DNA of 64,000 bases, from the NCBI GenBank assembly GCA_026004415.1, contig BPJC01000003.1:49178-113177 (forward strand). Direction: 5' to 3'. A program made the translations under genes and the position numbers. Within the stretch, counting starts at the first letter, position 1. Every line of letters begins with the position of its first letter. This document shows, in pieces, positions 25,502 through 35,113 of this stretch. This DNA is from Patescibacteria group bacterium (lineage in GTDB: Bacteria > Patescibacteriota > Microgenomatia > UBA1406 > GWC2-37-13). The notes below the pieces were generated by a model. The model had not been told where the DNA came from and did not search any database. It saw nothing but the letters and a program-made list of their open reading frames with translations.

Positions 25502-27073
25502 TTATCTATAATGTATCCAATCGTTTATATTAGGATCAGTTGGAATTTCTAAATCTTTCTTATCTAACTTGTATTTTTCTATTGTATATCCAACCGGGGG
25601 AATTTGTTTTTTCCAAATAGGTTCTTTGGTCAGATTTACCTTAGATTCTTTCCATGAAGAATAGTTTAGCCATGGTTTGTCTGAAGGAGGCGGCGCAATG
25701 ATTAGGTAGGTAACTGGTCTTTTTTCATATATAAAGACCTTTGTGTTTGGGTATCTTTTTATATAGTAATTCATGCTTGCCTTTGTTTGATAAGCTAAAA
25801 TGTCTGGAGAAAATATAAAAAAACCAAATTCTCTGTCGTTTTGTTCAAAAACTGTTTGGGCTATTTTGCTTTGATATGTCCAGCTGTTTTCATCTTGTCC
25901 TATTGAGTTTTTTAGATTTTTCCACTCTTGAATATTATGTATTGTCCAGGTAAAGATTATTATTGATGTTAATATTATGTATATCCTTTTTAATTTTTTT
26001 TCTACTAATGTTGTTCCAACTGATAAAAGAAAAATAGGTAGCGACATAGTGGGAAGGAAGTAATGGTATAAGAGCCAGCCTTTGTGTAATATGGAAAAGA
26101 AGTAAAAAGTAATATAAAAATAAAAAGTTAATAGAAAAACTTGTTCTTGTGTTTTTAGTTTGTTTTTGTTTTTTAATTTTAAAATTAAAATTATTGCAGT
26201 CAATAAAAACAGAATCAAAATGATAAAATTCAAATAGTAACTATTAAAAAAATCAATTCCTTCATTGCTCATAATATTTAATCTGTTTAAGATAACGGTC
26301 TGCGTATCTAAAGGTATTGCATTTGTTGTTCCTTTGATATAAGTTAGCAGAGATTTGCTAAGTTGGAAATTATGTCTTAAGTCGAACAAAAGATATGTTA
26401 TTGTAGTCAATGGAATTGCTAAAAGACTTTTTAAATGAGAAAAAGATCTGTTTTTTATTATTTTAAATATGATTATAAATAAACTTGAAATTAGAAAAGG
26501 ACCAGCAGTAGCAATTTGCAGATGAATCATTAATCCTAGAATAATTAAAGATATAAATAAAAATTTTTCTTTATTTGTCTCTAAATAGTAATATAAAACT
26601 AGTATAAATGGTATAGTTAAAAATAAGGCTCCGTAGGGGTTGTAAAGTCCATTTAAATGTAACGCAAAGATAGTTAAAAATAAAGTTATAAATAAAAGAG
26701 CTGAATATTTTTGTTTAATTATTTTCCCAATTAGATTTTTTGTTATAAAGAGAATAGAAATTGTCATTATTATCCATCCCCACCCGATAATTATTGGGTT
26801 TCCTTTTCCTATAATATAAAAAGGTATATTTAGGTAAAGCCATAATGGTCCATGAAAAAAACCATCTAATCCGCTTGCTCGTGGACCTATAAGAACAATC
26901 TTTTTTTTGACAATTTCATCAAAGAGTAGAAAATCTCTTGCAATATCAGTATGAAATTTTATTTCTCCGATAAATAAAGGGCTAATTGCTATTATCAGGT
27001 TAATTAAAAAAATTATTCGCAGTAATGTTGTTATCTTTGTCTTTTTTATAAAATTATGAATAGAAGTTGTCAT
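25502..27073 (-). CDS. GT-C fold membrane glycosyltransferase paralog (ArnT/PMT-like)
   Basis: 523 aa, polytopic. N-terminal loop HTDIARDFLLFDEIV and overall architecture as in the two upstream paralogs. Confidence 0.55.
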   Translation of the reverse strand: MTTSIHNFIKKTKITTLLRIIFLINLIIAISPLFIGEIKFHTDIARDFLLFDEIVKKKIVLIGPRASGLDGFFHGPLWLYLNIPFYIIGKGNPIIIGWGWIIMTISILFITKNLIGKIIKQKYSALLFITLFLTIFALHLNGLYNPYGALFLTIPFILVLYYYLETNKEKFLFISLIILGLMIHLQIATAGPFLISSLFIIIFKIIKNRSFSHLKSLLAIPLTTITYLLFDLRHNFQLSKSLLTYIKGTTNAIPLDTQTVILNRLNIMSNEGIDFFNSYYLNFIILILFLLTAIILILKLKNKNKLKTQEQVFLLTFYFYITFYFFSILHKGWLLYHYFLPTMSLPIFLLSVGTTLVEKKLKRIYIILTSIIIFTWTIHNIQEWKNLKNSIGQDENSWTYQSKIAQTVFEQNDREFGFFIFSPDILAYQTKASMNYYIKRYPNTKVFIYEKRPVTYLIIAPPPSDKPWLNYSSWKESKVNLTKEPIWKKQIPPVGYTIEKYKLDKKDLEIPTDPNINDWIHYR

Positions 27074-27103
27074 TTTAATTTATTTTTTTGGTTAAAAATA
27101 ATG

Positions 27104-27176
27104 TGAATCGCCGGGGAGTCGAACCCCGAACCTACCGGTTAAGAGCCGGTTGCTCTGCCAATTGAGCTAGCGATCC
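27104..27176 (-). tRNA. tRNA-Lys (anticodon CUU)
   Basis: Cloverleaf: GGATCGC acceptor, GCTC-AATTGGCA-GAGC D-arm, ACCGG-CTCTTAA-CCGGT anticodon arm, CGGGG-TTCGACT-CCCCG T-arm. Confidence 0.9.
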
Positions 27177-27266
27177 AATAATTACAAAGTATAGTATATC
27201 AAAATATTAGGTTTAATGAGTTGTTTTTGCTTGTTTTATTTATGTGTTTTAAGATTTGAGAGAATG

Positions 27267-27338
27267 AGCGGCGGACCGGATTCGAACCGGCGACCTTCTC
27301 CTTGGCAAGGAGACATTCTACCACTGAACTACCGCCGC
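27267..27338 (-). tRNA. tRNA-Gly (anticodon GCC)
   Basis: Cloverleaf: GCGGCGG acceptor, TCTCC-TTGCCAA-GGAGA anticodon arm, GCCGG-TTCGAAT-CCGGT T-arm. Confidence 0.9.
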
Positions 27339-27392
27339 TTAAATTAAAAAAATTTTACCACTATTTTAAAAAATTGCAAAATAAGCAAATTC

Positions 27393-28571
27393 TTATTCCT
27401 CCTTTTCTTTTCCAATGATATTTTTCATATATATTAGCAAAACCATGTAAACAAAAGGAAAATATAATATTAGGTATCTTGGATAGATTGGTATCTTTAT
27501 TAAATATAGCATATATAACCAAATCCAGATAAGAAATAAAAACATAAACCTGGTTTGTTTATTAAAAACTTTTCTTTTTAACTTTATGGCTTTATTTAAA
27601 TAAATTATTGTTAAAAGAATCATAGATATAATTGAGAATGGATAAATTAAGTTCCAGTATTCAAAGTTTATATATCCTTTGTTATCCCACCAGATTTTCC
27701 ATTTATTAAACAACAATAAAGGCAAAACATTACCTTTGGCTTCTATGTAATTTAAATGATTATACCTCCAGAAGTTAAAGATCCATTTTTGGGCTTTAAT
27801 AAATTCTGTAATAGTTGTTCCTTGAGTAAATGATGGTATGTAAGTTAATAAAAAAGCTAAAGTAAAAGACAAGCTAGATATAAGTATAAAGAATATTATT
27901 TTTGAAAGTTTAAGTTTAGATAGCAACATATGAATTAACAATGTTATAGCAACTATGACTACTATTAAATAAAACTTTACTGTTGCTAAGAATCCAAGTG
28001 ATAATCCTGTTAATATATTAAACATAATTTGTTGTTTATTTACCCATTTTATATAAAAATAGAAAGTTAGTAATAAAAACAATAGTTGGTATATATCTAA
28101 CAAAGTTGGTTCTTTTAAAAACATTTTTATAGTGCTGTCGTTGGTAAATAAGAAAAAACCGATTGAACTTAACAAAAAAGAATTTGTCACCTGTTTTAGT
28201 ATTAGATAGAATAAAATAGCTGTTAAAACTACAGATATTAATCCAGAAATATTTTCATTTTTAAATAACAAGATTGAGACACCAATAAAATATTTGCCTA
28301 GAGTCATATGTTCAGCATTGAGTAGAATAGGGTTTGTTCCTGTAAGGTATTTATACCCAGCATATGCATATAATTGGCCATCTGATATTCCTTTTTTTGA
28401 GTTGGGTATTACATATTGTGATTGATTAAACTCTTGTTCTGCTAAATCAGGATCAAACTTTTTAATATAGATTTCTTTATTATTGTATATTTGAACTACC
28501 AGGCTAATAAAACCTAATAAAATCATTAAAATGCTTATATATTTGGTTAATTGTTTGTTTTTTATATACAT
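27393..28571 (-). CDS. GT39/PMT-like membrane glycosyltransferase
   Basis: 392 aa, polytopic. The loop NAEHMTLGKYFIG resembles the HPPLGK motif of protein-O-mannosyltransferase-type GT-C enzymes. Confidence 0.55.
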   Translation of the reverse strand: MYIKNKQLTKYISILMILLGFISLVVQIYNNKEIYIKKFDPDLAEQEFNQSQYVIPNSKKGISDGQLYAYAGYKYLTGTNPILLNAEHMTLGKYFIGVSILLFKNENISGLISVVLTAILFYLILKQVTNSFLLSSIGFFLFTNDSTIKMFLKEPTLLDIYQLLFLLLTFYFYIKWVNKQQIMFNILTGLSLGFLATVKFYLIVVIVAITLLIHMLLSKLKLSKIIFFILISSLSFTLAFLLTYIPSFTQGTTITEFIKAQKWIFNFWRYNHLNYIEAKGNVLPLLLFNKWKIWWDNKGYINFEYWNLIYPFSIISMILLTIIYLNKAIKLKRKVFNKQTRFMFLFLIWIWLYMLYLIKIPIYPRYLILYFPFVYMVLLIYMKNIIGKEKEE

Positions 28572-28640
28572 TAATGTAGTTTTTATATTTTAGAACAATT
28601 TAATAGATTTAACAAATTTTTGTTAATTGTAGGTTTGGTG

Positions 28641-28723
28641 TGCCGGGGAGAGGACTTGAACCTCCACTCCCAAAGGGAACAGCCTCCTCAAGACTGCGCG
28701 TCTACCAATTCCGCCACCCCGGC
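28641..28723 (-). tRNA. tRNA-Leu (anticodon GAG)
   Basis: Class II tRNA with a long variable arm: GCCGGGG acceptor, CAGTC-TTGAGGA-GGCTG anticodon arm, TTCAAGT T-loop. Confidence 0.9.
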
Positions 28724-28780
28724 ATTAACTATTTAAAAAAAAGATTATTAATCAATATGATTAAATATACTATACTTTTG

Positions 28781-28853
28781 TGAGCCCGCAGGGACTCGAA
28801 CCCTGAACCAACGGCTTAAAAGGCCGTTGCTCTGCCAGTTGAGCTACGGGCCC
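28781..28853 (-). tRNA. tRNA-Lys (anticodon UUU)
   Basis: Cloverleaf: GGGCCCG acceptor, ACGGC-CTTTTAA-GCCGT anticodon arm, CAGGG-TTCGAGT-CCCTG T-arm. Confidence 0.9.
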
Positions 28854-28923
28854 AAAATATTGAACCAACAACTAACTATTATAGCATAGATGAAAGCAAA
28901 TTTGATTTTATTGTTAATTTGTT

Positions 28924-30435
28924 TTATTTTTTTACAAATACTAACCATTTTTTATGATCAAGTTGGTTGTTGGTTTCACATTTTAATTCATAATCATTGG
29001 TGTCAATGCCCAAGTTTAGATAATCTACTTTTTGTATTATCACGATAGGATAGTTTCTATAGTTTTTTACAAATTTTTTTTCTTCGTAGTAAAAGTCTGG
29101 TTTTTTGTTTGAGTAGTAAACAAAAGAAGGAGATCCGCCGTATATAAATGTTGTTGCTGTGTCAAGATCATTTTCTTTTAAAAATCTATAATTTAGGCGC
29201 TCTGATTCTTTCATAAGGTAAGCTAATTTTTCTGCAGACTCTTCTTTAACACATTCAGCTAAAACATATCTTTCATTAGTACTAACTTTATGATTGTAAA
29301 AAATAGTTTGTTGTAAAAATGATGTTAAAGAAAATAAAAATACAGTTATAAAAATTAACCAATAAATTATTTTTTTCTTTATTTTTAGCAATATGCTAAC
29401 TGCTGTTATAGACAAAAGGGGAAGTATAAATGTTATATACCAATAAATTTTGCTTTTACTAATTGTTAATAGTAATAAAAAAGGTAAATAAAATACTACT
29501 AGCAACTCTAGTTGATTTAAATTGTAGAAAAGTTTTATAAAGTTAAATCTAATTTTTTTAAGTTTATGTATTAAGTTATAAAGTATTGTTACAATACTTG
29601 TAACAGATAATAAGGTTAAAATTTTTGAGTCGTTCCAAAACAGATATGGATAGTAGAGTAATCCTAAATTATTGCCAAAATGAGACTCAATCGGTTTGAT
29701 GACTCTTTTGAAAATCTGATCGTAAAAATGTGCCTTTAAAAAATAATCTCCAAAGTTAAGATAAGCATAAAAGTACCACAGGCTAGCAATACCTACTTGG
29801 ATAAAGACAGTTGCCAAAAAAATCCTTATTTTGCTTATTGTTACTTTCTTATTCTTGTGGACAAAGTTTATAATTTCATAAACTAAAGGAAAAAAACCTA
29901 CTAAAGATTTTGACCAAACACCAAGCACTAAAAAAAAAGTTTTTATCCAAAATTTGTCTATAAAATAAACATATCCTATCCAAGAAAGTCCAATAATAAT
30001 ATCTGTATTTAATATGCTTGATCGTTCAATATAGGTTTTTGAACTTAATAATAATGCTGTCGATAAAAGGCTTAATAATTTATTGTTTGTTAGCTTAAGG
30101 GTTAGTTTATATGTTAATAAAATTACTAAAAATGAAAACACTGTTATTACTAATCTTGCATTTGTTTCTTCGTAAGTTTTGCTAAGTTTTAGTGCAAACG
30201 CTGTTATTAAATGTAATAGTGGAGGTTTGTTCAACCATACTGTACCATTAAAAGTTGTTTTTATATTTTTGTTTTGGATTATTTCTTTGCCTACTTGAGC
30301 ATAAATTCCTTCATCCCAATCATAAAAAGGCTGTTTTGATAATTTAATAGTTCTTAATGTTAAACCTAAACCAAAGAGTATGAAAATAAATATGATTAAA
30401 ATTTTTGATTTGTTTCTTTTATGTTTTATCTTCAT
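28924..30435 (-). CDS. GT-C fold membrane glycosyltransferase (ArnT/PMT family, GT39/GT83-like)
   Basis: 503 aa, polytopic. The first-loop motif FYDWDEGIYAQVGKEI is the acidic D-E-x-x-Y loop typical of ArnT/PMT enzymes. Confidence 0.65.
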   Translation of the reverse strand: MKIKHKRNKSKILIIFIFILFGLGLTLRTIKLSKQPFYDWDEGIYAQVGKEIIQNKNIKTTFNGTVWLNKPPLLHLITAFALKLSKTYEETNARLVITVFSFLVILLTYKLTLKLTNNKLLSLLSTALLLSSKTYIERSSILNTDIIIGLSWIGYVYFIDKFWIKTFFLVLGVWSKSLVGFFPLVYEIINFVHKNKKVTISKIRIFLATVFIQVGIASLWYFYAYLNFGDYFLKAHFYDQIFKRVIKPIESHFGNNLGLLYYPYLFWNDSKILTLLSVTSIVTILYNLIHKLKKIRFNFIKLFYNLNQLELLVVFYLPFLLLLTISKSKIYWYITFILPLLSITAVSILLKIKKKIIYWLIFITVFLFSLTSFLQQTIFYNHKVSTNERYVLAECVKEESAEKLAYLMKESERLNYRFLKENDLDTATTFIYGGSPSFVYYSNKKPDFYYEEKKFVKNYRNYPIVIIQKVDYLNLGIDTNDYELKCETNNQLDHKKWLVFVKK

Positions 30436-32004
30436 TTAATCCAATTTATCATTTGTCTTTTGTAACTCTAAAAGCGTAATTTTTTGGCCTGATATAGGTT
30501 TGGGGTATTCTTTAATTAGTTTTACTGGCCAATCTTGGGGAATGTCTTGAGTATGAGCAAGTACTATAAGTATATAGTTGTCTTTTAAATTCTCTTGGTT
30601 TGCTATTAGAGCTTCTTTATTTAAAGGCCAGTAACCTTTAATATGAATTTTCCGGTCCTTAACTGTTTTTAATGCTTCTAGTTGATCTCCAACTACACCA
30701 AAATCTCCTTCTGCCAAAATGATCACATTTTTCTCTTGAGATTTCTGTCTGGCGTATTCGAGTATTTCCTTCAATCCCCAGCCTGCGGTTGTGCCCTGAA
30801 TATATTGGCCTTTATCAACTTTAGGAAAAGGTATGTTAATTTGGTCATATATAATTGCATAATCAAATTTTATTGTTTGGAACATAAAGATTAATACAAC
30901 CGTTAATTTGAAATATAGCCTGAGTTTTGATTTATTTTTAGCAAATAAATCGTTTAGATAAAAACTTGTTGGAATTAGCAATAAACCTCCAGTAAATAAA
31001 AGATACCTTGGAAATAAAACCTTAGCAAAAAATGCAATTGCAGATAAAGGTATTATTATCCAAAAGATAGTATACAAAGCAATGTTTTCTTTATTATTTA
31101 AAAACATTTTCAAAAAACCTAGTATAGCTATGATTCCAAAGAAAATGGTAGTTTCAGAAAATATATAGTTGGGTATCAGCTTAATATTTGAAAAAAAATA
31201 AGCAAATGGTTGTGTTTTGAATTCTTCAAAGCTCATTACAAAGGTTAGGTTTTTTTGTGAGACAAAATGAAAAAAAGGAGAGAGTCTTTGGATATTGTAG
31301 ATTATTAAAGCTAAAATAGAGCTTATAACAATAAGAATGTAATAATTGATGATTTTATTAAAGTATTTAGATTTGTTTTTTTTAAATAAAGCCAGGCTTA
31401 ATACCGGAGCTGTAATTGAGTTGATTATTGCTAGTCTCATTGAAGATTTTGCTAACATAAAAAAACCTGCAGTCAATCCAAACAGCAAGCTAGTATCAAT
31501 TCTTAGTGTTTTCCAGATTAATATTGAGCAAAAAAACAACCATATAAAACCTGCATTTACCATAGAATCTGCTAATGCCATACGGTCGTAAAATAAAAAA
31601 TAAGGGGTGATTATATATAGCAGTGTGCCAAGATAGGCAGTTCTTTTATTAAATATATAAAACAAACATAAAAAAATACCAATTAGAGCTATTAGTCCTG
31701 AAAGAACACCAAAAAGTCTTCCAGCTAAAAGCGGGTTTTCTGGAAATAATTTTAAAAATGGTATCGTTAGCCAAGTTTGTAATGGTTGTCTGCCGTCTGT
31801 GAGGGAGATAAATCTCCAGTTGGCGTCTTGCCAAGCTGTTTTTGCCCAACGAATATAAATGCCCTCGTCTCCAAAGATTGGTAGAGCAGTAATGTTGGTC
31901 AATCGGGTAAAGAAAAACAGCGTCAGTATTGCTGTTACGATCAATAGATCTTTTAGGTCAAACTGTTTTTTTATAAAGTTTATTATTTTGAAAACATCAA
32001 ACAT
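30436..32004 (-). CDS. GT-C fold membrane glycosyltransferase (ArnT/PMT family)
   Basis: 522 aa, polytopic. The first-loop motif PIFGDEGIYIRWAK; its stop codon directly abuts the start codon of the downstream paralog. Confidence 0.65.
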   Translation of the reverse strand: MFDVFKIINFIKKQFDLKDLLIVTAILTLFFFTRLTNITALPIFGDEGIYIRWAKTAWQDANWRFISLTDGRQPLQTWLTIPFLKLFPENPLLAGRLFGVLSGLIALIGIFLCLFYIFNKRTAYLGTLLYIITPYFLFYDRMALADSMVNAGFIWLFFCSILIWKTLRIDTSLLFGLTAGFFMLAKSSMRLAIINSITAPVLSLALFKKNKSKYFNKIINYYILIVISSILALIIYNIQRLSPFFHFVSQKNLTFVMSFEEFKTQPFAYFFSNIKLIPNYIFSETTIFFGIIAILGFLKMFLNNKENIALYTIFWIIIPLSAIAFFAKVLFPRYLLFTGGLLLIPTSFYLNDLFAKNKSKLRLYFKLTVVLIFMFQTIKFDYAIIYDQINIPFPKVDKGQYIQGTTAGWGLKEILEYARQKSQEKNVIILAEGDFGVVGDQLEALKTVKDRKIHIKGYWPLNKEALIANQENLKDNYILIVLAHTQDIPQDWPVKLIKEYPKPISGQKITLLELQKTNDKLD

Positions 32005-32079
32005 AACTTAAATTTTACAAAATTTTTATAAATAAAGAATTGAAAAATAGAGTATCTTTTGTTAATTTATAGGATAAAA

Positions 32080-33222
32080 ATGCCCGAAGTTTCTTATCTT
32101 AAAGACTTTAGGAATAAATTTAACGCTCGTATTAAAGAGATTCTTTTATTATTGTTAATATCTTTATCTCAGTCTTCTTGTGTTGCATTCGATAGTAGAA
32201 AGGATTATGAAGCATGCCAACCTGGAGCTTTAGTTGTTGATACATTCCGCAGTCTTCCTAATAATAATATAAAAGAAATTTACACAAAAGTTTTGGCTGG
32301 TGTCTGGCTAACTAGGAATAGTTATCTTTTAAAAGTCAATAAGGATATGTTTGTTAGCAGATTGATGAGTTTGTTTGATCAAGATCCAGATATGGCCTAC
32401 AGGGTTTTAGAAGACTTGTTGATTTTAATCTACGCAGATCATGGCAGTATGGTTTCAACTCTTTTTAGCAAAATCAGTAGTTCTAATTGTTTATTTACTG
32501 AAGATTTAAAACAAGCAGTGAGTAGCCTTTCTTATTCTTACAGAGTAGATGGCAATAAAAGGGAGCTTTTTATTAGCTTAGATTTGGATCCTCAAGTTAT
32601 AATTGATATCTTAAATAAGGAAATTTATGCTAATGTTAAGGTTGTTAATTTTAGTTTTCAGGTTGGTCATCTACAGTTTAAGGTAGTTGAAAGTATTGAT
32701 GATAAAGGAGAATCAAGAGTTGTGTTTAGTCCTGTTCCTCCTTATGATGAGAATAATTTAAAAGGAAAAGAGAACCTATTATCATTGGTAAAAATAGCTC
32801 ATTCTGTTCCAGAAAAATTAATTATTGCCGCAAGCGGTAATCTTGGAGACAATTTTTATAATATAAAAAGAGATTTGCAAGAAAGTAATCAATGGCCAGA
32901 TAACCTGTTAATAGTTACTGATCTGCCTGATTTTGTAAATCCTGAAATTGAGGCTGGCGCCGATATTGCAGTAGCAGTATCAAGTTTTGGAGCTCCTTCT
33001 TCTAGTTCTTTTGCCACTGTTATTGTCTCGGCTATCGTTGATGTTTTGTTTGCTAATAATCCTGATTTATCTTTTGAAGAAATTATTAAGTTGTTAAAGC
33101 AAGATCTATCCAGTGGTTATCTTTTAGTAAGTTATGGAAATGGATCATTTCATAATCCATTATATGTTTTGCCTATAATTTCTCACACAGACAAGATATC
33201 AGATTTATTGAATAATTATTAG
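32080..33222 (+). CDS. Hypothetical secreted protein (weak, possibly degenerate subtilase-like motifs)
   Basis: N-terminal hydrophobic segment. IIAASGNLGDN and SSFGAPSSSSFATVIVSAIV faintly recall S8 peptidase blocks, but the catalytic residues are not convincing. ATG 32080 is preceded by AGGA. Confidence 0.4.
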   Translation: MPEVSYLKDFRNKFNARIKEILLLLLISLSQSSCVAFDSRKDYEACQPGALVVDTFRSLPNNNIKEIYTKVLAGVWLTRNSYLLKVNKDMFVSRLMSLFDQDPDMAYRVLEDLLILIYADHGSMVSTLFSKISSSNCLFTEDLKQAVSSLSYSYRVDGNKRELFISLDLDPQVIIDILNKEIYANVKVVNFSFQVGHLQFKVVESIDDKGESRVVFSPVPPYDENNLKGKENLLSLVKIAHSVPEKLIIAASGNLGDNFYNIKRDLQESNQWPDNLLIVTDLPDFVNPEIEAGADIAVAVSSFGAPSSSSFATVIVSAIVDVLFANNPDLSFEEIIKLLKQDLSSGYLLVSYGNGSFHNPLYVLPIISHTDKISDLLNNY

Positions 33223-33247
33223 TATCTTGTTATACTCATAGTAGTCT

Positions 33248-33640
33248 ATGGATAACTGTGTATTTTGCAAGATAGTGAAAGGAGAGATACCTTGTTATAA
33301 GGTTTATGAGGATAATAAGTTTTTGGGGTTTTTGGATATTAATCCTCGTGTTGAGGGTCATACGCTTCTTATTCCTAAAAAACACTATCGTTGGGTCTAT
33401 GATGTGCCTGAGTTTGGTCAGTACTGGGAAACCGCAAAAAAAATTGCCTTAGCTACTAAAACAGCTTTGTCTGCAGAGTTTGTAAGTTTTGCCACTCATG
33501 GACTCGATGTTGCTCATGCTCATATTCATATTATGCCAAGACAAAAAGGTGAGTATGAGTTCTTGCCTAACACAAAACAACTGTCAAATCTTCAGTTGGC
33601 TAAAATAGCAGAGACTATAAGGCAGAATCTAAATGATTAA
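33248..33640 (+). CDS. HIT-family (histidine triad) nucleotide hydrolase
   Basis: 130 aa; CVFCKI near the N-terminus and the histidine triad HAHIHIMP. Confidence 0.9.
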   Translation: MDNCVFCKIVKGEIPCYKVYEDNKFLGFLDINPRVEGHTLLIPKKHYRWVYDVPEFGQYWETAKKIALATKTALSAEFVSFATHGLDVAHAHIHIMPRQKGEYEFLPNTKQLSNLQLAKIAETIRQNLND

Positions 33641-33684
33641 ATTTTGCTCTGGTTATATTGCCTTAAAGTCATAGTGAAAATTTT

Positions 33685-34884
33685 TTGAAAACCTTTTATT
33701 ATAAAAAAATGAAGTTTATTCTTTGGCATTCTACAGATTTTAGGGAAAAAAACAAGGTTTTTCTTACTATTTTTTTGAGAAGTTTTGCTTTTTTTTATTT
33801 GTTAAGTTTTATGACGCCTTTAATCTATGAGTCTAATTTATATAAGGGGCAAAGTTTTGCTTTGATGATTACTTTGGCAGTTGTTTTAATTTATGCACTT
33901 ATAGCTTTTTTGGCTGTGCCTTTTTTGTTTTTGACTTACAAATATTTTGGTTTAAGAGGAGGGTTGGTTTTTGGAGTTCTGACAAGTATTGTTTTGTTTG
34001 TTTTGCTTGAGTTTAAACAGTTCTTGCTTTTGGCTGTTGTTTATTCAGTTGAGAGTTTGTTCTGGTGGTCAAGTTACTATGCTTTATTTATTGCTGTTGA
34101 GGGAAGAAGACATTTGGGACAGTTAATCGGCAAGGATATGTTTTTGCGCACAGTTGGTATTTCTTTTTCTCCTTTACTTGCTGGCTTAATACTAAATAAT
34201 ATTCCAGATCTGTATTATCTGATTGGCATTATTTTGCTGTTGTTGGTTTTGTTCATGGTTTTTAGTTTTAAGCCCCATAGAGTTTCTAATGACATTCAGA
34301 TTAATGATCTTGTGTTAACCTTTCACAGCAATAAAAAAGATTTTTTTATCTATCTGATCTTTGGTTTTGAAAACGGTTTGTTTATTTTTATTTGGCCTTT
34401 GCTTTTATATACTTCACTAAAAAACTTTTCGTCTGTTGGTTTCTTATTGTTTATAGTTTCTTTGTTTTCTGGGTTTATTGTTTATTTATTAGGCAAATAC
34501 CTTGATAAGTATAAACATTTAAGTGCTAAGTTAGAGTCTTTGGGGCTATTAGCTTTTGCTGTTAGTTGGTTGGGAAAGTTTTTTTGGTTGGAGCCTATTG
34601 CTTTTGGAATTTTTGATATTGTCAGAAGGTTTTTTGATGGATTTGTAAATCTACCTCTACTGCGTTTGGCTTTTAGCAAGGCTTATTCTAAAGATATAAA
34701 TCAAACAGTTGTTTATGTTGTTTTTAGGGAGTTGGCTTTAAACTCTGGAATCATAGTAATGTGTATTGTTGGTTTAATCTTTGTTTATTTAGGCATTAGT
34801 CTTTGGTGGCTTTTAGCTTTAGCTGGTTTGTTGATCTTGTTAAGTAATAATTTTATTCAGAACTTTTTTATTACTCAGGGATAA
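33685..34884 (+). CDS. Polytopic membrane protein, possibly MFS-type transporter
   Basis: 399 aa with ~10-12 hydrophobic segments. No diagnostic motif read with confidence. Confidence 0.4.
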   Translation: MKTFYYKKMKFILWHSTDFREKNKVFLTIFLRSFAFFYLLSFMTPLIYESNLYKGQSFALMITLAVVLIYALIAFLAVPFLFLTYKYFGLRGGLVFGVLTSIVLFVLLEFKQFLLLAVVYSVESLFWWSSYYALFIAVEGRRHLGQLIGKDMFLRTVGISFSPLLAGLILNNIPDLYYLIGIILLLLVLFMVFSFKPHRVSNDIQINDLVLTFHSNKKDFFIYLIFGFENGLFIFIWPLLLYTSLKNFSSVGFLLFIVSLFSGFIVYLLGKYLDKYKHLSAKLESLGLLAFAVSWLGKFFWLEPIAFGIFDIVRRFFDGFVNLPLLRLAFSKAYSKDINQTVVYVVFRELALNSGIIVMCIVGLIFVYLGISLWWLLALAGLLILLSNNFIQNFFITQG

Positions 34885-35108
34885 TCAATGCCTCCGGGTT
34901 TAAAAGGATGACACTTTAGCAGTCTTTTGAGGCTTTTTTTTACGCCTTGTCTTACTCCGTATTTTTCAATTGCCAGGTAGGCGTACTCAGAACAGCTTGG
35001 ACTAAATCTGCAAAGACCAGACGGAAAAAAAATTTTTATAATAGGATAAAACAGCCTTATAACAAACTGATAGCTTTTTATGGCTATCAATAAAAATTCT
35101 TTAAGCAT
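34875..35108 (-). CDS. yidD: Membrane protein insertion efficiency factor YidD
   Basis: 77 aa; CRFSPSCSEYAYLAIEKYG...KRLLKCHPFKPGGIDYP is the YidD signature. Confidence 0.9.
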   Translation of the reverse strand: MLKEFLLIAIKSYQFVIRLFYPIIKIFFPSGLCRFSPSCSEYAYLAIEKYGVRQGVKKSLKRLLKCHPFKPGGIDYP

Positions 35109-35113
35109 CTTTT

